Positions 12,887 to 22,719 of a stretch of DNA of 34,784 nucleotides are shown here, in pieces. A program made the position numbers and the translations under genes. Source of the DNA: Streblomastix strix (taxonomy: Eukaryota). The first letter of the stretch is position 1. Every line of letters begins with the position of its first letter. The notes below the pieces were generated by a model, which saw nothing but the letters and a program-made list of their open reading frames with translations, was not told the DNA's origin and did no database searches. The stretch covers positions 1-34,784 of the forward strand of contig SNRW01000048.1 of assembly GCA_008636045.1 (NCBI GenBank), read 5' to 3'.

Positions 12887-13020
12887 TTTATATATCGATA
12901 AAAAAAATAATTAAATAATCATTATTTAATTTTATTTGTCGGACTAATTCAGTCCATCAACTTGAAGTGGAATATTTGCATCGACGAATTGAACCGAAAA
13001 TTTATACAAAAATGTACGCG

Positions 13021-13441
13021 TCAGCTTACTAACTAAAAATAGTTGCTAGACTTTTTTTAATATTCCAGCAACAATTCAAGAATAAATTTTAATTATTCAT
13101 AATTTATATCCAATAACTCTTAGTTCTAACGGAACCATACGTATAAATATCTGTTGTGGTTGTTTTGGAAGATAAGCTAATAAACACATAATTCATTGTA
13201 ATAGCAAAACAAATTAATCGATTTATTATTCTTCTTGAACCATTGAACTGTGACCAGAAATGTTCTCGTTAATGACTTAGTATGAACAATGACATTAGCA
13301 GAATATTGTTTTTCTTTAATAATCTGAATTTACAAACGCGTATGGTAATGTAAAACCAACTCCATTCTAATCGTTCTAAGCAATAACAACAACATCATCT
13401 AATTTTAAAGTATCATATGTTAAATTTTATACTGAAATCAT
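13021..13441 (-). pseudogene. Putative minor capsid (penton-like) protein
   Basis: MISVQNL..FTLPYAFVNSD..GHSSMVQEE..YYNE..YLYVWFR..FILELLLEY; small, beta-rich, directly downstream of the MCP-like gene. Recalls a conserved small Maverick ORF from metamonad genomes (from memory, unverified). Frameshifted. Confidence 0.5.
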
Positions 13442-13568
13442 ATTCGATGCTATTTATTATGAAATAAAAATATAAATAAAACTAATAGCTTAATTAATTA
13501 ACTGTGTTAGTGTTTAGGTATTTGATATATATCTAAAAAATTTGTATAAATATAAACGAATTAAATTC

Positions 13569-15293
13569 TCATGCACTATATAGTCCAATAACTTCATCAA
13601 ATGAATGGTTAGTATCATATATGCATATTCCGCCTGCAACTGGTGAGAACAACCAAAATGTATCATGAACTGTACAGAGAATTGGATATGGTGGTCTCTT
13701 TCCACTGGTATCGACAATGTAGTATAAATCTGTTGCTCCTTGATATATTGGTGCTCCTCTGAGTTCGACAGAAGTGTTTTAGTTCTGAGTGTCTAGTCCA
13801 TCGAAAGTTAATGCCCCACTGCTGTTTTTTCAGATTAATGAGTTATTAAAAAGCTTGCTAAATCAGTTTGAGGATTAAGTCTTCGGGTTGCTGTATTTCT
13901 TGGCGTTGTCATAGCATCTTCAAACTCATCAGTGACTTCAAATAAAAGGTAAAGATTTGATGCATTGAGTTGTAATTAGAAGAATTATTGGTCTAGCATA
14001 TTCATTGGCATATCTGGAAAATTTCGTCCGCAAGCCCTTATTTGCATGTTCTAATTGCAAAGATTTTCAAAGCAAGTCGTAGCTCTAGCATCATTTGGAA
14101 ATAAAAGACAGAAATCGGTTACGTGAGACAGAGGAATATTTTAAGATGTTCGTATTCATGTTAGTGTAGCAGACGTTGTAAATGGCCATAATTCTACCAG
14201 TAGTGCAGGTACGACAAATGGACGTTAGCTGTAGAATTATCGGACTCGATTAAGGCACGCAAATGTAGCTTTATGACCTGCCATGTTTGCGGTTACTTCT
14301 GTTATTACATAATTCTTTAAGCTTATGGTAATTGATTTGATGTCGCATACTAAGTTCTTCAGTCCTGATTCAGTTAGAGGTTCCGCATGTAGTCCAGTTA
14401 ACAAATCAGCAGTGCATCCTAATTACGTAAATTATTTAGTATATTAGAATGTCAGGCTCCAATTTTTGAACATCTAATCAATGTCCTATAACTTCTATTA
14501 ACAACTACCCAATAATTCATCTTTATTCATTGTATAATATTTAGCCATTGAAATAATTAGATTCACTTAACTGAAAACGAATGCATGAGGAATAATTTTG
14601 AATTTTATTTTAAAATCTCCAAATAAGCCATTAGGATAATCAGTAAATGCAGAGAATATCAAGAGGTTATTAAGTAAAATGCTGACTCTGAAGCGTATTG
14701 GAATTGTATATGGAATGGATGTTTGATTTTCTATTAGCTCTTCAATCTATCGCATTCTTATATATGTTCCACACGCTGACGTATCAAATTTATGAATATT
14801 CTCATAAAGGGAATGGATATGTTTTCTATTATTTTTCTCATTTTTTGGCTTGATTGTATTATAAATAAACGACTCAGTTGTTGCATCATTCTATAGACTT
14901 CCATCGATGGTTTTACCTCTATGATATATGGTATATTTTCTAATAAGATTTGAACCTGATTTAAGATCTACTAAAAGAACCAATCCGTCTTTATATGATT
15001 CGTCAATTTTATCAAACTTATCTTCAAGTTAGACATTAGCTGTTAACACTACCTACTAGAACGAATTTTATATCTATATGATGTCGTTGTTTGTGTTTGA
15101 TAAATTAATGATTATTTATTTATCAAATAACACTAACATTTATGATTCTGATTTGATTTCCTTGATTGAATAATGATGTTCTCCGTCTTTAGTGAATGGA
15201 ACAACAACAATCCCTAGTAATGTTTCTTCAATGGTTCCTGCTTGTTGTAAATGTGCGGCTCTCATTAAGAATCTATTCACCTTCTACATTCAT
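13569..15293 (-). pseudogene. Putative major capsid protein, ~570 aa
   Basis: Long, best-preserved frame: LKSGSNLIRKYTIYHRGKTIDGSLQNDATTESFIYNTIKPK..HIHSLYENIHKFDTSACGTY..FTDYPNGLFGD..PILCTVHDTFWLFSP..TGA 13569. Size, beta-rich character and context fit a Maverick MCP. One internal TGA and about 2 frameshifts. Confidence 0.72.
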
Positions 15294-15376
15294 TAAAAAA
15301 CCAAAACAGTTAAATAAATTCTTTACGAAATAAAAAACCATTAAAGAATTGTACATCATTAATGAAATTTACATAA

Positions 15377-15494
15377 AATTAGCTCGCGAAAATGGATTAA
15401 TTAATGAGTGACTTTTGAATGCATCGAGTGCAACGAGTGCACCGAGTCAGAAACTTTCAAAAAAAGCTGTGGCCAACTGGACAAATGGCCAGAA
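15377..15494 (-). repeat. Inter-module element copy D (type I; 3 units of the 9-mer)
   Basis: Plus strand GAAAATGGATTAATTAATGAGTGACTTTTGAATGCATCGAGTGCAACGAGTGCACCGAGTCAGAAACTTTC..GCTGTGGCCAACTGGACAAATGGCCAGA is the inverted copy of A and C. Confidence 0.9.
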
Positions 15495-15576
15495 ATGAGA
15501 AATATTAAAAATTAAAATCATTTTTTCAAATCTAAAATAAAACACATAAAATTTTATTTTTATTATAAATAAACTT

Positions 15577-15810
15577 ATGGTTGTAGGGATCTTTCTTAAA
15601 ATTAAATAATTAGTTTAAATATTAGGGAAATGTTTTTAATGGGCTAATGATAACGTTCATAAACCGTTCATAAAACCATTTGCTAAACCGATACTTGGAG
15701 CACTGGGTCCTGTTGGCTAATCAATAGGTGAAGGTTTAGATGTTGCTTGTTCATTTCTTGATTATGGTTATGGTGCAGATAGAAATGGTTAATTTAGATA
15801 AAATTTTTGA
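15577..15810 (+). CDS. Small viral protein (77 aa) with amphipathic N-terminus and G/P-rich core
   Basis: MVVGIFLKIKQLVQILGKCFQWANDNVHKPFIKPFAKPILGALGPVGQSIGEGLDVACSFLDYGYGADRNGQFRQNF-TGA with TAR=Q. Confidence 0.6.
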
Positions 15811-15951
15811 TACGTTTAGAATTGATGAATATTTAAGTTAAAAATTACCCATTAATAAATAAAATCGAAGAATATAATTATAGAGTCAATGAAAAATTAA
15901 ACAATTAATGAGAAAATTAACAATTATTTTATTTATAATATTTTTCTCACA

Positions 15952-16079
15952 AATCTGGCCATTTGACATGTTGGCACATTTGCAGCCATTTTTAAGAATA
16001 ATTGAAAATTCCCTCAGGATATGGGCATCCTGACCACTTTAAAATCATTCATTATTCACATCAATTTCATATGTCAATT
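15952..16079 (+). repeat. Inter-module element copy E (type II)
   Basis: AATCTGGCCATTTGACATGTTGGCACATTTGCAGCCATTTTTAAGAATAATTG..TCAGGATATGGGCATCCTGACCACTTTAAAATCATTCATT; shares the AATCTGGCCAT start with type I and its body with B'. Confidence 0.8.
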
Positions 16080-16729
16080 CCAGTGAAATCTTTAAAGTTT
16101 TTTATTTTTTATTTATGTTTATTTCAAATAATACATTCCACTTGCACAATATTTAAAGACATCTGCTGAATCTTGTGGAATTGACACTTATAATTATAAT
16201 AATTAAAAGTATAACATTTTAAATTAAGCATTTTCAATAAAATAATTCACAGAAAAATTATTCAATCTTCCGCCCTATGTTCAATATTTAGCTGCAGGGA
16301 AGCCCAAACTTTGACCATTAGCATGCATTATCGAAAAAGAAATTCTACCTATTTCTTATATTCTCCCTTGCAAACCTTTAGATTCGAAATATAAATTGAA
16401 TGCGCATACTGTGCAAGTGCCTTCATCAACGAGATAGAACGTGTTATATGTTGATGAAGGAAAAAATCATTAATTACAAATTGATTATAGACATTTATTA
16501 TCGTATATTGTGGTTGTGGTGATCAACTTAATTATATTTAATGATTTATTATTATTTCATCGAGACGTGATTCCACATCTTCAGGTAATGCTTCATTTAA
16601 TGCTGATTTGTTAGTGTAGTTATCAAGTATATACGTTCCTTAAAATTCACCACCATACATATTTAATTATCCTTCAACGGCCACCTATACTGCCGAGGAT
16701 TTATCATAAATATCTTTGAACAGACTCAT
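16074..16729 (-). pseudogene. Viral hypothetical protein, beta-rich C-terminal half
   Basis: MSLFKDIYDKSSAVQVAVEG..TFYLVDEGTCTVCAFNLYF..FKYCASGMYYLK; stops and a frameshift. Confidence 0.45.
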
Positions 16730-17151
16730 AACGGAAAATTCTTGTTATTCTACATGAATTGGCGTATATTTCGTATTTGGTGGTTGAACTTTTTTTTACT
16801 GATTATCGAGAATAATTTATATACAGTTTATTATGTCTCAGAATTGGCGCCTAGTTATGTCAAATTTTCTCCAAAACTATATGAGATAAACGGTCCATCT
16901 TTAATGAAATATGCTGCGCTATTTGCTTTATATATATCGCTAATTCAACCATTAATTTAATTTCACTGTTCAAATAATTAGATCTATTTTGTACTTGCAC
17001 TCATGCTTTGTTTAAATTTGTTTATTTTTAACTGTTTCATATACATACGAATATGCTTCGAACTAACCTTTTTCATTAACATTCCATGTGTTCATAATGT
17101 CTAATTTTCCGTCATTATTAGCATCATAATTTAATTTTTTCGATGACTCAT
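16726..17151 (-). pseudogene. Viral hypothetical protein
   Basis: MSHRKKLNYDANNDGKLDIMNTW..AYFIKDGPFISYSFGE..; frameshifted; its TGA overlaps the next ATG (ATGA). Confidence 0.4.
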
Positions 17152-17632
17152 ATTATTAATAATATTTAATGTTAAGTATGAGAGCAATATTTGAAGGTAG
17201 CTGTCTGGAGCTGATAATATAAGGTCCATTTAAGTCTTTATAATAGAATATAAAATATGTATGGAGAGCATCGGTTTCAACCAATGCAATCACTTAATCA
17301 CTCAATTTTGGTCTAGCTTCAAGAGGATAACTTTTGAATAAATAACCGTTCGAAAATAGACCTGATGTTGCATATGAAGCCGTTAGCGTAATTCTATCGC
17401 TATAAACGATTAATTATAGTTCGTACACTTCACTTGAGCCATCGCTTGATCCATAGATAATATAATCATTATTTTTCACCTTCTTTTGCAGAGTTTGTTC
17501 TCCGATAGGTTCAGGTTGCGGTAGCTCACCAATCGGCTTTGGATAACGTTCTTTTATATTTGCATATAATTCTGGGAAATCAGATAAACCAGCTTGGTCT
17601 AACAATCTTTCATCGATGTAAATGTTCAACAT
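17124..17632 (-). CDS. Viral hypothetical protein, possibly fibre/attachment-like
   Basis: Extends track ORF 17414..17632 through TAA=Q: ..VYELQLIVYSDRITLTASY..YLFKSYPLEARPK..LNIKYY. A P-rich linker precedes a beta-rich domain with a P..ARP motif. Confidence 0.5.
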
Positions 17633-17979
17633 TTATATTCAAAAAAATATAATTAATCCAATCAATTTCAAGCAATTATAATCCTTTCAATTAATTGTTT
17701 TTATTTTGTTCAAAAAGTATTGATAACAATACGTGCTCCTAATGCCCATATATTATTTGGATTACTAATAGAAATATTACTCGAGGTATAAGTTGTTGAA
17801 TTGAATATATGACCAGAAGCACCATCTTTTATTAATTAATATTTCTTTTCAGTAGGAGTATATGAATCATATATTGTTGACTCGAAATGTGGCACTTTTC
17901 CAAGTTTCGCGGAATTATGTAAGAATATATGAATGGATTTATAACTGTTATTTAAATTATATGAGTTTTTTATTTATAG

Positions 17980-19000
17980 GCATGGTAAATTATGTGCACA
18001 AACTAATAGATCGCACCATAATTAATATTAACTCTATCTAAACCATGTGCATAATTATTCATAAGGAATTGAGAGAAGTTGCATTCAATTAAGCGAACTG
18101 AAGTAGTGTTAGCAAGAATTATTAAAATAAATTAGAAAATTTTATAAAATTATTTTAGAGGACTTTATTTAATGCATATAGATAATTTAGACCCAGTAGG
18201 TCTGATAATTAATATTGATGAAACATCATTCCTAGCTAAGTGTAGTAATAATGCAATGTATTGAATTTGTACCAGCGACATCAGTATGATACCTTAAGTA
18301 CTAGAATAATTAATTATATCAGTTAAAATTGTATTTTGCATCTATTCGGATAGATAACACTTATCTTCAGCATTAATTTTCTCCGAATCTTTAATTCTGG
18401 AATGCTTTAATGAATATAATTCATAATCCTTTTAAATATTTCAAAAAGAAAATAGTAGATATACCTAATAAATTTTAAAGAATTTATTTCATGAAGTCTG
18501 CATTCCGCAAATAAAAGAAAAAGAAACCTTTACACTAGTACAGAAAGAGCACTAAAAGTAATTGTTGGGCATAAATCTAGATTGTGTCTTGATATACGGT
18601 AAGAATGCTTGTAGAATAAAATGGATGTATTTGTGCCTTAATCTCACACAACGAATAATGTTTAAGTTTTGGACTTAATTTCAAATGGCGTCAATAAAAA
18701 AGAAATTTAACGTCATATACATATTTCTAACACAAAGAAAGAAATGCAAGAGGAAGTTTTTCATTTCATAGAATAAATTGAAAATTCTATGTAATGAACA
18801 TAGGCCATTCTAACTTGTAAAGGGGGATTAAGTTACTCTGGTAACTATCCATATAATAAAAATATGGTCTTCTTAAAAACCACAAATATCCGCAAATATT
18901 TGTTGTATAGTTATTAGAGGCGAAAAGAAGCATAAAGAAGAATAGTAAGAAAAGAAAAAGAAAAAATAAATTACCAAATTAGATGACAGCAATTGGAATC
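17980..19000 (+). pseudogene. Second, heavily decayed pogo-type DDE_1 transposase
   Basis: LIINIDETSF (~18215), KIVFCIYSD..SALIF (~18340), MDVFVPQSHTTNNVQVLD (~18650), GGLSYSGNYPYN (~18835); many frameshifts; K/E-rich tail follows. Confidence 0.65.
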
Positions 19001-19649
19001 TTAATGTTTTAGACTTGTTAATAACATCTTTTGAGTTTCTATAAAAAAATTCGAGAACTTGAAATTAATAATATGTAATTCAAAGGTGAGTAACAATTAC
19101 AGCTTCAGTTTAGTTCTAAAAAAAATAAATTGAAGAATTAAAAGAAATTCAAAAATAACAACTTTTTAATATTACAAATGAATAATTATATAATTAATAA
19201 AAATAAATTTATTGTTAAAATAAATCAAATCGCAACGACGATGCAAGTAGATTTAAAGAAATATAAAATAAAAAAAAGGAATTGAGAAAAAAATTGAACT
19301 TATGAAGGTTACAATGATAATGAATTATCTTAAGAATAATAATAATAAGAAAGAAAAAGAAAAAGCTTGGATTCAAATTTGAATAATTAGATATTTTCAA
19401 TATAAATGACACTCTAAAACAAGAAAAATTACGATAAATTAAAAAGAAAACATGACATAAATCAATATATAATATTAAAGTAATTTTGAAATTGAAGCAT
19501 GCAGTAATTCAAATTTCAGCTCTGGGGATTCATCAGAACCAGATGAATAATTACTAAAAATTAATTATAACATAAATAAAATTATTAAATAAACTAAATT
19601 AATTCAAAAACAATAGCAATAAATTTAATAATAATCAAATCTAGGTTAA

Positions 19650-20790
19650 TAAATGTTTGATCTTTATTGTATATTCCTTTTGACTACATTAATGAATCAG
19701 ATAGTCCTTCAATAGTAACTTTATTCTTCTCTTAGAATTTCTTGCGTTCCTATATTAATGTAACATTATAATATGATAAGTTCTATGGTGTTATGATAAA
19801 AAATGCCTTCTAATCTATAGTTCTATTTTTATTTAATTATTCTATTTTTCCAATATTTGGTTCACTAAAATGAATCTTATGTAATTCATAATATTCATTA
19901 TTAAATATTTTCACCCTACTATTAAATTCTATTATACCTAATTTTAATTAGATGTTTTATAGAATTCTAAATGGTTTTTCATCCTATCTCTTATATCTTG
20001 AATAGATGATTATCTAATATAATTATTTCCCAATTTTATATCTCTTTCATTTATTCTTAATAATAATAATAGCTGCATTGATTGATAATTACAATTATTA
20101 TTAAGCTATATGTCTTCGGTAATGCTTTTGGATTAATGATGTGGTTATATTTTATTTTTCTAATTTGTCTTTCAATTCCTGAATCTCTTATTGATGCTAC
20201 TGTTCTTATTGACCTAATTCTTATCAATGTTTCAATTATTGTTCGTCTAGTAATTATTCAAAATGATAGTTGGTCAAAGCTATATGTTTTGGTTATTCAA
20301 TCTGCCCATTTAAATCAAATTCTTCTCTTAATATAATATTTATTGTTTATAATGATCTTATTATTAATGTATCTAATTGGAAATTTATTGTTAAATTTAT
20401 AACAATTGTTACATTCGCTATCTTCTTCCACTTTCATCAAATGTTTATTTGTAATTAGCTCTGTCCTCAACAGGATCAAATAAATCATCATCACAAGCAT
20501 TATCAGACTAATTCAATTCATTTATAATATCATCAACATTTTTGGCTAATTATGGTTATGTTTATGTTTATTACTAATGTTAATCATCAATGTTCAACTA
20601 TTATTATTATTCATTTATTATTTTTATTATCGGTTATACTTATGTCTATTACTATTATTCATCTTATATCTATTATTTTTACAGTTAATTAATTCTTTCT
20701 GTAACAATTCGTTCTACAAATGCAACTATTTCAGATGTAAAAGTTATATGACTTTAATAATTTAATCGTCAGAGTTCAATATTTTACATG
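19650..20790 (-). pseudogene. Q/N-rich low-complexity coding-like remnant
   Basis: With TAR=Q: IIKVIQLLHLKQLHLQNELLQKE..DDDLFDPVEDRANYKQTFDESGRRQRMQQLLQIQQQ; interrupted by TGAs; no domain recognised. Confidence 0.3.
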
Positions 20791-21653
20791 TTTTTTAATT
20801 CGCATGATGAATAATTAAGTAAACATACAACTTATAATTATTCAAGTAAGATTTAAAAAATATTTTTTTATTCATTCTATAAATCTTCGACATTTACTGT
20901 TAAGATCAAAACTCATTTATTTTGTGTTAGATTTTGGAGTTGTTTGATATTTATATTTTTTTAATAAATGACTTAAGAATTGAAGTAGTTATTAATGTAA
21001 ATGCTACAAATCAAAATTGTTAAATAAATTCTTTAATTTATAAAAAAAATTTATGAATTATTATAGACAGCTAGATCATTCACATTAAATAAGTATATGA
21101 CAATTTCATTGTTTAAATTTTATTATATGAATAATAAATTAAAAGTTTATCATATAATAGAACATAAATTATACCGTTGTAAACAGGTTGAATTAATGTC
21201 ATAGACAGCAAATTAACTGATTGATTAGAGTTAAGACATCAATGAAAATTCTGGTTGAATATATTTTATTTTTATTTATAATATTTTTAATTATTGATAC
21301 AAAAAATATACGATTATTTGAAATTATTTAAAAAATTTTTGGTAATTTATTTCATGTTATTAATATACACTCCCACACATCATTGTGATAGTTAATATAC
21401 ATATTAGTGATGTATATAGTGTTAAACTCTATTCAATTTAGTAATTGATATAATTTATTTATTAGTTTGTGAAGAAACTAATAGTTAGAATTGTTAAATT
21501 ATTTCAGAAATATTGAAAATTAAATAATTTTTTTAATAATTTTGAATATTTTTGAATATATTTTGAAAATTAATTCATATAATTATTGTTGATGATTAAT
21601 ATACTCATTAGTGTCATGGACATACGCGTAAAATTATCCATATCATTTATGCG

Positions 21654-21872
21654 TTATATTGATGAATTGTGCTTTAGAGGTTATTGTCATCAGCTGCGGA
21701 AACTAGTGATGCAATTGGTGTGATTAAATTTGTAGTTTATGATGCAACACATATATATTATTCACATTACATTGATGAATTGAGCTTTAGTAGTTATTGT
21801 CACAAGCCGTGGGGGTTAGTGATGCAACTAATGTGAAAAAATTGAAGCCCTGTGGTGAAGTACATATATATT
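21654..21872. repeat. Diverged tandem duplication, 2 x 113 bp
   Basis: TTGATGAATTG(T/A)GCTTTAG..GTTATTGTCA..TAGTGATGCAA..ACATATATATT starting at 21659 and 21772. Confidence 0.8.
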
Positions 21873-22085
21873 TTTGATAAAAATTAAAAAGTTGAGTAAG
21901 ATTACAAAGAAAAATGAACAACTTTGGAAATATATAAAGTTGAAAGAGGATTAAATAAATATTCATTTGTTGAAATAGGAAATAAGTAAGAAATAAATTA
22001 ATAAATTCATAGAAGTCGCAAGATGTGGTTAATGACAGAAAAATATACTATAAAAACAATCCACGCAAAATTTTCTTCAACATAC

Positions 22086-22483
22086 GGTTATCTAACAGTT
22101 GGGCGGTACAAGTTAAAATATATAGTATATTTATAGTGTATAAACATTTTATAGGATAAAATGCACTTGGTTGCTTGTAGCGTCAGAATTTTAATTTTAT
22201 TGCACAAAATTTTCAGCGTTTTCCTTGAAAGCATACGCTTAGCTTAATCATTAAAATAAGCTATTTTTTAATCAAACAGCGTGGGGACTGTACACCTAAC
22301 CCTAGTATTATAATAGACAAACATTTATGCAGACAATGTGGGGACCGCACACCTAATCTTATCATTAGAAAAAGTTAAAATTTGGGCGCCTTAAGTAACT
22401 ATGTGCATTTTTTCCTATCAAATGTTTATACACTCTAAATATACTATATATTTTAACTGGTACGGCTTAACTGTTAGATAATC
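22086..22483. mobile_element. MITE, 398 bp, ~110-bp imperfect TIRs, 8-bp TSD CAACATAC
   Basis: Left GGTTATCTAACAGTTGGGCGGTACAAGTTAAAATATATAGTATATTTATAGTGTATAAACATTT.. is the inverse of the right end ..AAATGTTTATACACTCTAAATATACTATATATTTTAACTGGTACGGCTTAACTGTTAGATAATC. CAACATAC lies at 22078-22085 and 22484-22491. Internal direct repeat GTGGGGAC..ACACCTAA x2. Confidence 0.88.
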
Positions 22484-22719
22484 CAACATACTAGCAAGAA
22501 TTAAACAAGAACTCGAAGAAAATTGAATAACTATACAAAGAAAAAATGATAATAAAGTTTTTTAAACTATGAAAAAAGTTTAGAAGGTTCATTTAGAAAT
22601 AAATTTAACAACATTTGTAAATAAACATGTTAATAAATAATAATAACTTGTTTAATAAATTCATAGATGCACATATAAAAAATTTTGATCTTCTCCATTA
22701 AATTTCTTCGTTTTTTTTG

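Larger units (their letters stand above)
2014..17960. mobile_element. Degenerate Polinton/Maverick-like endogenous dsDNA virus; termini not identified, probably truncated
   Basis: Intron-less cluster of rve integrase, pPolB, A32-like ATPase, capsid-like ORFs, KilA-N and HNH, which is the hallmark Polinton set. Most ORFs carry frameshifts or TGA stops. Confidence 0.9.

Noticed and set aside
2014..15293. In-frame TGAs as Trp or selenocysteine recoding
   Set aside because: They co-occur with frameshifts, appear to replace different residues, and TGA is the clear terminator of host and viral genes; decay is simpler.
3544..16079. Dispersed repeats as a CRISPR array or as the true Polinton TIRs
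   Set aside because: They are kilobases apart, in both orientations and with no cas genes. Core viral genes (integrase) lie outside the outermost copy, so they are not simple termini.
94..19000. Composite transposon formed by the two DDE_1 genes around the virus
   Set aside because: The two transposases are very different in sequence and decay, and no shared TIR or TSD was found; nested insertion in a TE-rich region explains it.
21659..21870. Tandem box C/D snoRNAs (TGATGA in each unit)
   Set aside because: No CTGA box D or terminal stem at suitable positions.
21900..22670. Short matches flanking the MITE (ACAAAGAAAAA..TAATAAATTCATAGA)
   Set aside because: Too short and AT-rich to define a feature; at most an old local duplication.
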